Source: Parcubacteria group bacterium (lineage in GTDB: Bacteria > Patescibacteriota > Minisyncoccia > Phycocordibacterales > UBA2135). Taken from it: DNA of 64,000 bases. The stretch covers positions 257,792 through 321,791 of the forward strand of contig JACQLQ010000001.1 of the NCBI GenBank assembly GCA_016204045.1. The letters are read 5' to 3'. Shown one piece after another: positions 37,755 to 46,422 of this stretch. How positions within the stretch are numbered: position 1 is the stretch's first letter; each line of letters begins with the position of its first letter. Made by a program: the position numbers and the translations under genes. The notes under the pieces are model-generated. The model worked only from the letters and a program-made list of their open reading frames with translations, was not told the origin of the DNA and ran no database searches.

Positions 37755-38114
37755 ATGCCGGTCCGTTATAAGACCATCTCAAACCGTCGTGGCGTCGTCT
37801 TGTTCCGGCCCGAACCGAAGCAAGAAACTGTCACCGCTACGGTGACGGCGAGAGTGGCCCCGAATGACCCCGTCGTGGTCCTTGTGCGGGGAACTCGTGG
37901 CGTCGCTCCCTCTCCGCAGGGCAACACCGAGAACACTTCCGGGGTGCGCAAGGCTGTAGCCGTGGAGGCCGGACCCTATGTGCCCACTAAGTGGGAAATG
38001 CGGGCGCCGAAGTGCATCGATGTTCGGTCCGCCACTCGTCGGTTCTGGAAGGAGGCAAGACGTCGCGAGCGCGTGCGTCGTGAGCGCACGCGTCAGAGCT
38101 TCGCATTCGCATAA
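37755..38114 (+). CDS. Hypothetical basic protein
   Basis: TTGACT-N16-TATAAT promoter, SD GGAGGAG, downstream hairpins. Confidence 0.55.
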   Translation: MPVRYKTISNRRGVVLFRPEPKQETVTATVTARVAPNDPVVVLVRGTRGVAPSPQGNTENTSGVRKAVAVEAGPYVPTKWEMRAPKCIDVRSATRRFWKEARRRERVRRERTRQSFAFA

Positions 38115-38240
38115 CAACAAACACACACCGGGGGAGGTTTTCTGCCTGTGCGCGGCACGCAGACAGGCCTCCCCCGACAAGGGCAGCATGATACGCTGCT
38201 CTTTTGTTTTTTCTACTGTGAATGTTGGTATAATGAAACA

Positions 38241-38588
38241 ATGCTATTACTTTCTGCTATAGCACACAGTATGGCTCCGTGGGCTTGGATTCTCGTGGGT
38301 GGGATTATTCTTACTGGAGGAGATATTATGACCAAGCTTGCAATTGAGGGGAGAGGGGAAACGTTCTTTTGGACAGGATTCACCCTTTTTATTATTGGCG
38401 AGTTTTTCCTCGCTATGAGTTTTTTTGGACAAAACATAGCTCAAGCAAGTTTGGCAATGGTCATCATTAATATCCTGGCACTTACGCTCGTAAACATCTT
38501 TGTGTTTCATGAGTCGATGTCTCTCCTTGGGTATGCTGCGATGGTGCTCGGACTCGTGTCGTATATCGTTCTTGAATTCTATGCGTAA
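38241..38588 (+). CDS. SMR/DMT-like small four-TM transporter
   Basis: Four TM, GDIMTK and FHES motifs; TGGTATAAT 6 nt upstream of ATG. Confidence 0.75.
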   Translation: MLLLSAIAHSMAPWAWILVGGIILTGGDIMTKLAIEGRGETFFWTGFTLFIIGEFFLAMSFFGQNIAQASLAMVIINILALTLVNIFVFHESMSLLGYAAMVLGLVSYIVLEFYA

Positions 38589-38617
38589 GATGCATTTCCT
38601 GGTATAGTAGTTTTTTT

Positions 38618-38702
38618 GGAGGGGTCGCATAGTGGTCTAGTGCACACGCTTGGAAAGCGTGCAACCCGAAAGGGTTCGGGAGTTCGAATCTCCCCCCCTC
38701 CG
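38618..38702 (+). tRNA. tRNA-Ser(GGA)
   Basis: Acceptor GGAGGGG/CCCCTCC, anticodon arm CACGC-TTGGAAA-GCGTG, long variable arm. Confidence 0.95.
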
Positions 38703-38781
38703 TCCAGGTCACGCAACGTTTGGCCACCGCCTCCGTTTTGGTGTACACCCAGGTTCATAGGGAAAAAGATTTTTAAACAGT

Positions 38782-39774
38782 ATGCTGCAGTGGAAACATA
38801 TAACAATTATTGTCCTCACTTTCATCTTGGGGGCAGCACTTGGTTATACTCTTCATAGAACCTTCCAAACACAAGAGCGTGGTTTCATTGTGCGTGAGGG
38901 AGAATATAAATTCATCAGCCCAATCCTTGCATGTGAAATTGCGCAGGCAGGATCTTTTTCCGAACTGCATTCGGTGGAATCGGCGCTTGAACGAGTCATC
39001 GACAAAAAGATTGCTGACCGTGAAGTGGGTCATCTCTCCGTTTACCTCCGGCTGTTAAACAGCGGACGTTGGGTTGGTATCAATGAAGACGAGGAATATA
39101 CCCCCGCGAGTCTGATGAAGGTTCTTCTCATGATGGCCTTTTTAAAGGAAGCTGAGTTGAAGCCCTCTGCGCTGACCCAAGTTTTACAGTTTACCGATGC
39201 AAAAGAGCCAGGCCAGTATGGACCAGACGGAAGACGAGTTCCGCCATTAGAGGTCGGCAGTTTCTATACGGTTAGCAACTTAATAGAGCGTATGGCGGTC
39301 TACTCTTCTAATGCCGCTGAACACACTCTGCTCGATAATGTTAATCTTCCCATCCTCGAAGAGGTCTTTTCCGACCTCGGCTTGCCACCCCCCGACTCAC
39401 AAAGTGACAACGGTTTTTATGCCATGTCACCTGCAAAGTATTCACTCGCACTCCGTGTCCTCTACGGCGCTTCCTACTTGAACCGGGAGATGTCGGAGGC
39501 AGCCCTCGCGCTTCTGTCCAGTGGCGCCTACGAAGATGGTATTCGGAAGGGTGTATCAGAAGATATGACTGTTGCCAATAAGTATGGCATTTTCTTTGAG
39601 AAGGAGACGGGCCCCTTTGAACTCCACGACTGCGGCATCGTCTATTATCCTGACCATCCCTATCTTTTGTGCGTCATGACAAAAGGAACTAATCTTTCGG
39701 CACTTTCCTCTGCTATTGCGGATATCGCAACAACGGCGTATACAGAACTTGATCAGTTCTACCAAAACGAGTAG
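38782..39774 (+). CDS. Class A beta-lactamase-like serine hydrolase, membrane-anchored
   Basis: ASLMK (SxxK), SSN (SxN), NKYG (KTG-like), HDCGIVY and YLLCVMT motifs. Confidence 0.88.
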   Translation: MLQWKHITIIVLTFILGAALGYTLHRTFQTQERGFIVREGEYKFISPILACEIAQAGSFSELHSVESALERVIDKKIADREVGHLSVYLRLLNSGRWVGINEDEEYTPASLMKVLLMMAFLKEAELKPSALTQVLQFTDAKEPGQYGPDGRRVPPLEVGSFYTVSNLIERMAVYSSNAAEHTLLDNVNLPILEEVFSDLGLPPPDSQSDNGFYAMSPAKYSLALRVLYGASYLNREMSEAALALLSSGAYEDGIRKGVSEDMTVANKYGIFFEKETGPFELHDCGIVYYPDHPYLLCVMTKGTNLSALSSAIADIATTAYTELDQFYQNE

Positions 39775-39853
39775 CCGATTACAGAGAATCTTGACTCTCC
39801 ATTCGAGACGCTCTATAGTTGCAGGAGTTTTGAAATGAAGCGGAGTCGGAGAA

Positions 39854-40564
39854 ATGGCGAAGCGAAAAGATGTGGCGAAGGATGAGTCTCGCGTGGTGGT
39901 GTCAACCAGCTACTTCCTTTGTGCCAGTGATCACAAAGCACTTCGTGGATTTGCTTTTTGGGAAGAAAAGCCTGGTTACGAGGTGGCGCGTTCTTTCATT
40001 CAAAAAGGGCTTAAGAACGCCAAACGTCGGCGAGATTCTGTGGCTCGCTTGATTAGCGCCCAGCGCAGTGCCGAACGAAATCCGCAAGGCACATTAAATA
40101 GTGAGCGCGTGCGTAGTGTCCTGATTTCAAGAGAAGAATATGAGCAACTTCGCGATGAGGCACACGAGACGCACGTTACAATTTCGGAGCTCGTTCGTGC
40201 GTATGTGATACAAGGGCTGGAGGAAGCCCCGAAAGCGCGAAAGGCTTTTGAGCGGCGTCTCAAGAAACAGCGCAAGGCAGAAGTAGCAAAGTCACATGAC
40301 AAGTTTGTGCGGCGAATTGTCCGCGCGGCGACTAAGGAATTCCCGTCATTCGGTGGCGGACAGACGAGCGATACGAACCCGATTGCTCGAGCAATGAGCG
40401 ACAAGCCCCCCAAGTTTGCCGCAATGGTAGATATTGAATCAGTTGTCCGCTTCGTCTTTAAGCGAGCCGCCACTCAACTAGAAAGAGAGAAGCAGGGTGT
40501 TCGAGTTCGAAAGGTTTCGAGTAAGGCAGTTAGTCTGCAAGAGAAAAAGAGCGCGGGTGCATAA
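39854..40564 (+). CDS. Hypothetical protein with two putative ribbon-helix-helix domains
   Basis: SVLISREEYEQLRDEA...TISELVRAYV..GL plus a similar N-terminal copy; own promoter and SD. Confidence 0.6.
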   Translation: MAKRKDVAKDESRVVVSTSYFLCASDHKALRGFAFWEEKPGYEVARSFIQKGLKNAKRRRDSVARLISAQRSAERNPQGTLNSERVRSVLISREEYEQLRDEAHETHVTISELVRAYVIQGLEEAPKARKAFERRLKKQRKAEVAKSHDKFVRRIVRAATKEFPSFGGGQTSDTNPIARAMSDKPPKFAAMVDIESVVRFVFKRAATQLEREKQGVRVRKVSSKAVSLQEKKSAGA

Positions 40565-40661
40565 GCCCCGCGCTTTTAATTAGTGTATTAGTTGACAAAG
40601 CCCCCAAGTATTCTATAGTTGGAAAAGCTGTTTACGCTTTCTTGCGAGCGCCGGAGGAGAA

Positions 40662-41132
40662 ATGGCACATCATTTCGACAAGCTGACCATTCGAACGGCA
40701 GGGATGCTACCGACAAGTGTGCCCAACATTCGTTTGTACGATATTACAAAAAACATAACAGGGGTAGTACTTGCTTCAAAGATTAAACACGGGATTGTGG
40801 TCGCTCAATCACTCCACACAACGGCAGGGCTTCTCGTAAATGAGAACGAAGATGGGTTGCTTCAGAACGACTTCCCAAATCTGTTAGTGTCTCTCTGCCC
40901 AGAAGGAACGTATACTCATGACCGCCCCGAGCGACTCGCCACACTAACCAATGAGCCCGTTAATGGTGTGTCGCACTTACGTGCCGCTCTCGGTCTTTTG
41001 CCATCAGTTACGCTTATCGTTAAGCATTCTGTGGTACAACTCGGGACATGGCAGGCGCTGCTCTTTGTCGATTGTGACCCTGTTCATCGAGAGGAACGTT
41101 TTGTCGATGTACTAGTTCTTGGTGAAGCGTAG
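40662..41132 (+). CDS. yjbQ: YjbQ/UPF0047 family protein
   Basis: HTTAGLLVNE, YTHD, NGVSHLRA and LGTWQ motifs. Confidence 0.92.
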   Translation: MAHHFDKLTIRTAGMLPTSVPNIRLYDITKNITGVVLASKIKHGIVVAQSLHTTAGLLVNENEDGLLQNDFPNLLVSLCPEGTYTHDRPERLATLTNEPVNGVSHLRAALGLLPSVTLIVKHSVVQLGTWQALLFVDCDPVHREERFVDVLVLGEA

Positions 41133-41242
41133 ACCCCTCCGCCAGTTGGCGGATGGGGTTTTTCTTTTGAAAAAGTGGATAACGCACGATTTATCGCGTG
41201 GTATACTTGAGTCAACATTACGACTAACGTTCTCGCACGTGC

Positions 41243-41674
41243 ATGCCAGAGATAAGTATTAATTTTGTCGCGGTAGTAGTAGCTGCAGTCGTGTATATGG
41301 GGATAGGAATGCTTTGGTACGGGCCCTTATTTGGAAAAGAGTGGAGGCGACTCATAGGGTTCTCTGAAGCAGACATGAAGAAGATGACGATGACTCCAGT
41401 CCAGGCGATGGTCGGTGGTTTCATTGCCGCGCTCATCATGTCGTTCGTCCTCGCGCACGATGCGTATGTGTGGGGACTCTTCTTCGGGGCTTCTGTCGGA
41501 TCGTATCTTTTTGCATTCCAGCTTGCTTTCTGGATCTGGCTTGGGTATATCGCAACGACGCAACTCGGAGCTGTCTTATGGGAAGGCCGACCATGGAAAC
41601 TCTTTTGTCTTAATGCCGCGAACTCACTCGTCTCGCTTATCGCGATGGCGCTCGTCATCACTTTTCTCAAGTAA
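41243..41674 (+). CDS. DUF1761 membrane protein
   Basis: IGMLWYGPLFGKEW motif; four TM. Confidence 0.9.
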   Translation: MPEISINFVAVVVAAVVYMGIGMLWYGPLFGKEWRRLIGFSEADMKKMTMTPVQAMVGGFIAALIMSFVLAHDAYVWGLFFGASVGSYLFAFQLAFWIWLGYIATTQLGAVLWEGRPWKLFCLNAANSLVSLIAMALVITFLK

Positions 41675-41708
41675 CTCCTTCTGGTACACTCATAACCAGA
41701 ACAAAGTA

Positions 41709-41975
41709 ATGAGGAGCTGGCAGTTGGGAGCAAAACTCGTCGCTTCAGTGATCTTCATAATTGCGGCTCTGCTTGCCTATATCAACGGTTTGTTGGTCGG
41801 AACCCTCGTTTTCTCCGGTTTATGGGTCATTGTAGGCACTGGATCCTTAAGAGAGTCGCTGATCAAGGGGGACAAAAGACTTTTGCGCATGACGGCCTCC
41901 CAGAGCCTGAAAACTTTTGCCAGAGCGGCTTTTTATGGTCCGTTTGTGCACCAGAGGGTGATGGCAAAACTATAG
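41709..41975 (+). CDS. Small membrane protein
   Basis: Two TM segments from ATG 41709. Confidence 0.5.
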   Translation: MRSWQLGAKLVASVIFIIAALLAYINGLLVGTLVFSGLWVIVGTGSLRESLIKGDKRLLRMTASQSLKTFARAAFYGPFVHQRVMAKL

Positions 41976-42043
41976 ATGTGCAGAATCCCAAAAGGCGCTT
42001 TATTTGCGCCTTTTTACATTAAAAAAACCGAGCTAATGCTCGG

Positions 42044-42493
42044 CTATTCTTCATCAATGTCTCTCAAGACCACGATAAACGGATACTGCTTTGAGCTAAA
42101 GGCGTACCCGCGGAGGATATCCTTCATACCGCGATACTCCTCTCTATACCCTAAGTTAAAAGAAATGCGATTTGCCAACCACCAGTATCGCCAACCTTCA
42201 ACGGCGACAAACTCGCGGAATGCCTTTGGCTCGAAACGAACCAACTTGCAGTTGAAGACAGCGACGCCGGAGGAAGTAATGCACACTCGCGTGGGCCGCG
42301 TATCGATCCTAGAGACGAAAACCCACGGGGGAGTGATGTGCCACCCCGACCTCTCTTGCATCGCTACTGTACCGTCGACCACATTCCACGTGATACCCAC
42401 CTGGTGGGGGTCGAGGTGATTCAGGAAAGCAAGGTAAAAACCAAAAAGCAAAGAGGCGACTACCGCGACAACACTTGCCGAAAACCTTATCAC
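42044..42493 (-). CDS. Membrane-anchored hypothetical protein (SPFH N-terminal-like), paralog 2
   Basis: TM plus G-WHITPPW, IDTRPTRVC, NCKLVRF and GYAF...YPF; overlaps paralog 1 by 4 nt. Confidence 0.75.
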   Translation of the reverse strand: MIRFSASVVAVVASLLFGFYLAFLNHLDPHQVGITWNVVDGTVAMQERSGWHITPPWVFVSRIDTRPTRVCITSSGVAVFNCKLVRFEPKAFREFVAVEGWRYWWLANRISFNLGYREEYRGMKDILRGYAFSSKQYPFIVVLRDIDEE

Positions 42494-42981
42494 GGCGCTA
42501 CGTCTTCAGCCTTAAGCTCTCGAAGGACGGTGAGGAATGGGTAGGTTTTGCTACTTCCATCGAATGCGTAGCTCTTCAGAATCTCACCCAATGCTGTAGC
42601 CCCAGTTCCTGTCGGAACAGTGGCGCCAGACCTGTAATCACGGCCATGCCAAGAGAGAAAGAGATCGAGCCCTTCAGGGTTGAACTTCACCAACTTGCAG
42701 TTCAGAACTCGAGCATTTGCGTTGATGCACACCTGCATAGGACGAAGGTCAATGGTCCCCACAATTACGAGAAATGGTGGGTTGATGACATACCCATTTC
42801 GTTCAATGCGCGAAATCTCACCGGTGCGGGCATCGTACTTGTAGCCGAGCTCGTAATTGTCGACGAAGTTAACCCAGCCAATGCGGAAGATGATTGCTCC
42901 TACGAAGGCAAGTGCGGCAATGAACCCAACAACAGTGAGTACGGCTCTTCCCCAACGAATCTGTGTTTTTTCGGGTGCCAT
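42490..42981 (-). CDS. Membrane-anchored hypothetical protein (SPFH N-terminal-like), paralog 1
   Basis: TM plus GYVINPPF, IDLRPMQVC, NCKLVKF and SYAF...YPF; SD GGAGGT; TTGACA promoter. Confidence 0.78.
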   Translation of the reverse strand: MAPEKTQIRWGRAVLTVVGFIAALAFVGAIIFRIGWVNFVDNYELGYKYDARTGEISRIERNGYVINPPFLVIVGTIDLRPMQVCINANARVLNCKLVKFNPEGLDLFLSWHGRDYRSGATVPTGTGATALGEILKSYAFDGSSKTYPFLTVLRELKAEDVAP

Positions 42982-43211
42982 TGGCAACCTCCGTGGTTTA
43001 GTGCCTTGCGTATTTTATAACACCGCCAATGTTTGTCAACAAGCACTTCGAGGGCTTTCGATATTGTTCACTACGTTGTTGATAAATCACAAAAAGGTTG
43101 AACCTCCGGGTAATTTATCCACACTTCGTGAAAGAGATTCTGGGTACTTGCGCGTCTTGTGATACAATAGTGACAACTGTTGTATTACCAGTTAGTTTTT
43201 TGCTTACATCT

Positions 43212-43394
43212 ATGGATTTTCTTAAAAAAATGTTTGGTATGGGGAAGAAGGATGACGGTCAAATGCCGAAGGAGCCGCAAGTGAATCCCGACATGAATAG
43301 GGTTGATACAAGCATGGGGGGCGCGGAAAGCGCGAAGGCTTCGGGGCAACACGAACACAAGAGCGAGGACAAAAACGTGTGTGAGTTTTGCTAA
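43212..43394 (+). CDS. Small protein with C-terminal CxxC
   Basis: MDFLKKMFG...HEH...VCEFC. Confidence 0.6.
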   Translation: MDFLKKMFGMGKKDDGQMPKEPQVNPDMNRVDTSMGGAESAKASGQHEHKSEDKNVCEFC

Positions 43395-43457
43395 CCATTT
43401 TTCTTCACATCGAACCTGCTGTGCCTTCGGCACGGCAGGGCGCATGTGCAGAAAAAT

Positions 43458-44318
43458 ATGTTTCAACGCATCGTCTTTTTACTTGCGGTTTTTTTGCCAT
43501 CTATCGCCCGTGCTCATGATGGGCACGAGCATAGTCCGATAGACTTGGCACAGTTTGGCGCAGTCATCGGCGCACTTTCTGGCGCGAGCCAACTAGTGCT
43601 TACCGGTGTTGCTTTCGGCCTACTGCTCCTCATCGCACTCGCTGTCACTGTGAAGAAGCCGCAAAGTGAGTTCGCAAAAGCTTTTCTCTTCTTCCTACTC
43701 TCTGCTATTACAATACTCAGTACATGGGTCCTGGTTGACCGAACATTAGATGATGTGCGCCTGTCCCCAACGGGAGGCCCCGTACATTGGCACGCAGATT
43801 TCAGAGTTTTTAATTGCGACGAAGAAATTGATTCACTCGATCCATCGGGGCTTTCTAATCGTATTGGTACATCCGAGGTTCACGAACACGGCGATCTTCG
43901 TATTCATATCGAAGGCATTATTAGTGCCTTTACGGAAGCATCGCTCGGTAACTTTTTTAACGTAATCGGGGGCGAGCTCACAAACGAACGGCTCGTTGTT
44001 CCGACGAACAACGGTCTAGTGGTAATGGAGAACGGGAGGATGTGTCCAGGTGGAAGACCGGGAACACTCCAGGCATTTTTGTGGAGCACGGATGTGAGCA
44101 AAAAGCCGTGGGTGGCCAGCGTACAAAAGCTGGGAAGCGATTTCCCGGATTATGTCATGACTCCCGAAGCGATAGTTCCGCCCGGCGACTGTGTCGTCTT
44201 TGAGTTTGTTCCTGAAAAAGAGAAGACCTTTCGCACATGTGAGCAATATGAAGCGGCAGAAAACAGGGGAGACCTCATCATTCTCTGGCCGGATCTAGGT
44301 GATGATATCCGCAATTAA
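43458..44318 (+). CDS. Membrane protein with His/Cys-rich extracytoplasmic domain
   Basis: Signal peptide ending AHDGHEH, two TM, VHWHADF, VHEHGD.RIHIEG and four Cys. Confidence 0.8.
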   Translation: MFQRIVFLLAVFLPSIARAHDGHEHSPIDLAQFGAVIGALSGASQLVLTGVAFGLLLLIALAVTVKKPQSEFAKAFLFFLLSAITILSTWVLVDRTLDDVRLSPTGGPVHWHADFRVFNCDEEIDSLDPSGLSNRIGTSEVHEHGDLRIHIEGIISAFTEASLGNFFNVIGGELTNERLVVPTNNGLVVMENGRMCPGGRPGTLQAFLWSTDVSKKPWVASVQKLGSDFPDYVMTPEAIVPPGDCVVFEFVPEKEKTFRTCEQYEAAENRGDLIILWPDLGDDIRN

Positions 44319-44326
44319 GTACGCAT

Positions 44327-45034
44327 ATGCTTGAAGCACAACTACCAACCCTCTTAACGGTCATTACAACGGCGGCCATTGACTCCATTAACCCGTGCGC
44401 TATCGGTGTCTTAATCCTGATGGTGAGCGTCATTCTTGCCTCGGGAGGATCGAAGGGGCGGCTTTTGTGGTTAGGTTGTCTCTATATACTCTCCATCTTT
44501 GTTGTCTACCTTCTCGCCGGACTTGGTCTCGCCTACTTCTTCACCAAAGTTCCGTTGGTGCTGACACTCTATATTTCGATTGTCGTAGGCGCCTTCATCA
44601 TTCTTGCCGGACTTCTTGAGGTTAAAGATTACTTTTGGTATGGGCGGTGGTTTTCGCTCGCTATCCCCGTGGCTTTTGCGAAAAAAATCCACGTCTACTC
44701 GGAACGCGCCACGATCCCAGGAGTCATTTTTCTCGGCGCCTTTGTCTCGGCGGTTGAGCTACCTTGTACCGGGGCGCCGTATCTCGCGATTATCACACTT
44801 CTTGCGCAGTACTTTGATTTCACTGCGTTCATGATGCTCGTGCTGTACAACATCATCTTCGTCGCGCCACTCATTATCCTCCTCCTTCTTGTTGCTGGGG
44901 GGATGCAAGTTCAGCGACTCAAGGCATGGAAACAAGGCGCGCGCGGTTACGTGCGCCTCCTTATAGGACTTCTCCTGGTTGCCTTGGGTTGGCTCTTGAT
45001 TTTAATTGCAAACGGGTCGATTAATTTTGGGTAA
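44327..45034 (+). CDS. CcdA/DsbD-like transmembrane thiol-disulfide transporter
   Basis: DSINPCA and VELPCTGAPY redox Cys motifs; six TM. Confidence 0.85.
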   Translation: MLEAQLPTLLTVITTAAIDSINPCAIGVLILMVSVILASGGSKGRLLWLGCLYILSIFVVYLLAGLGLAYFFTKVPLVLTLYISIVVGAFIILAGLLEVKDYFWYGRWFSLAIPVAFAKKIHVYSERATIPGVIFLGAFVSAVELPCTGAPYLAIITLLAQYFDFTAFMMLVLYNIIFVAPLIILLLLVAGGMQVQRLKAWKQGARGYVRLLIGLLLVALGWLLILIANGSINFG

Positions 45035-45044
45035 AATAGTATGT

Positions 45045-45320
45045 ATGGACCACACACACATTGTTAAACGACACGGACACGAGGAAGCTTACGATAACCA
45101 CAAAGTATATGCCTCATGTTACGCGGCATGTGTTTCTGCGGCATGTCACAAAGAAGACGCGGAGCGCATTTGTGGGGAGGTAATGCAAGAGGTCGATACC
45201 TTTATTGACGACAAGGGTTCTGTCACCTCGGACGAGATTTTTAACGAAACAGCACGAGCGATGAGGGGGCGCCATGGAGAGGCCGCATTTTTGTACGAAA
45301 CGCACCGGGACATTTCGTGA
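45045..45320 (+). CDS. Stand-alone ATP-cone domain protein
   Basis: IVKRHGHEEAYDNHKV...VTSDEI...AAFLY ATP-cone pattern. Confidence 0.75.
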   Translation: MDHTHIVKRHGHEEAYDNHKVYASCYAACVSAACHKEDAERICGEVMQEVDTFIDDKGSVTSDEIFNETARAMRGRHGEAAFLYETHRDIS

Positions 45321-45805
45321 AAGTTCTAGTTTCTAAGCTTTCCATTGTGAGTAAATATTTAGGCGTTCTCATTTTTCTTGTCTTAGCAGTAGTATTTGCC
45401 CGGCATGTCTTTTTTGATGCTAATACATGTGGTGCGACACTTCCGACATTTGCGTCGTTAAGTCTGGGAGGGGCATTCTTTGATGTAGAAATAGCGGGTA
45501 CGGCGGAAGAGCGCGCATGCGGGCTCTCCCGTCGTGCTTCTCTCCCAAAGGATCGGGCAATGCTCTTCATGTTTCCCGAAAGTGGCCTTCACGGGATATG
45601 GATGAAGGATATGCATTTTCCAATCGATATTCTCTGGCTAGATAAGGACCTCGTTGTTGTTGATTCTGCGCGAGATGTCTCCCCGGACTCATACCCAACC
45701 GTGTTTCATCCAAAGCGGGAAGCACGATATGTGCTTGAGCTTTCTGCTGGTGCCGCAGACGTCTTGCATCTCAAAGAGGGGGATAAGGTTACGATCCCCA
45801 ACTAA
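45317..45805 (+). CDS. DUF192 family protein
   Basis: VEIA...GLS.R...MLF.F...IWMKDMHFPIDILW...YVLEL. Confidence 0.92.
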   Translation: MKVLVSKLSIVSKYLGVLIFLVLAVVFARHVFFDANTCGATLPTFASLSLGGAFFDVEIAGTAEERACGLSRRASLPKDRAMLFMFPESGLHGIWMKDMHFPIDILWLDKDLVVVDSARDVSPDSYPTVFHPKREARYVLELSAGAADVLHLKEGDKVTIPN

Positions 45806-45853
45806 TACGTTTTTTGGCTTGCTTTTTCTATTTTGTATAGTATAATGTAAGTA

Positions 45854-46206
45854 TCCCCTGTATTGGGTAGTTGCGCTCCGATGTAAATCGGAGTGAGGAA
45901 AGTCCGAACACGCCCCCGACGTAAGTCGGGGAGGACGGTAGCGGGTAACACCCGTCTGGAGTAATCCAAGGGATGCGAGCAGTGACGCCAAGGCCGAGAG
46001 GCCGAGGGCTCCTTAGGGAGTAATCCCGCCGAAAGGCGGGGGTGAAACGGCCAAATTCCTATCTGCGTGCAAGGCCGTGGTCACTTCTACCAACTGGCAG
46101 AAGTGACAGTGCCGCTTGAGGTCTTGAGCAATCAGGATCCTAGATAAATAGCTGCCGTCCCGATGTCATGTCGGGATACAGAATTCGGCTTATAGATACA
46201 GGGGAA
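45854..46206 (+). ncRNA. rnpB: RNase P RNA
   Basis: GAGGAAAGTCCGAACAC, GGTGAAACGGCCAAATTCC and ACAGAATTCGGCTTAT conserved regions; P1 TCCCCTGTAT/ATACAGGGGA; TATAAT upstream, terminator downstream. Confidence 0.95.
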
Positions 46207-46213
46207 CATACAT

Positions 46214-46245
46214 GAAAATCCCCCCGAGAAATCGGGGGGATTTTC
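46214..46245 (+). terminator. rnpB terminator
   Basis: AAAATCCCCCCGA-GAAA-TCGGGGGGATTTT. Confidence 0.85.
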
Positions 46246-46422
46246 TGTTTACCAGGGCTGTCTCTTGTGTCGTGTGCGTGTAGCGGTATAATTAGCATAC
46301 GTGTCATTGATCTATGTTAGCTTCGCTGTAACGTAAGGCGATGTGTTAGATCAAAGGTTTTTTATTGGATAATTACGTGCATACCCTCCCGCGTTAACAC
46401 ACAACTCATTGCGGGACTTATT

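Noticed and set aside
38782-39774. Bona fide antibiotic-resistance beta-lactamase
   Set aside because: KTG is KYG, no evident omega-loop ExxLN, and the protein is membrane-anchored; more likely a cell-wall-related serine hydrolase
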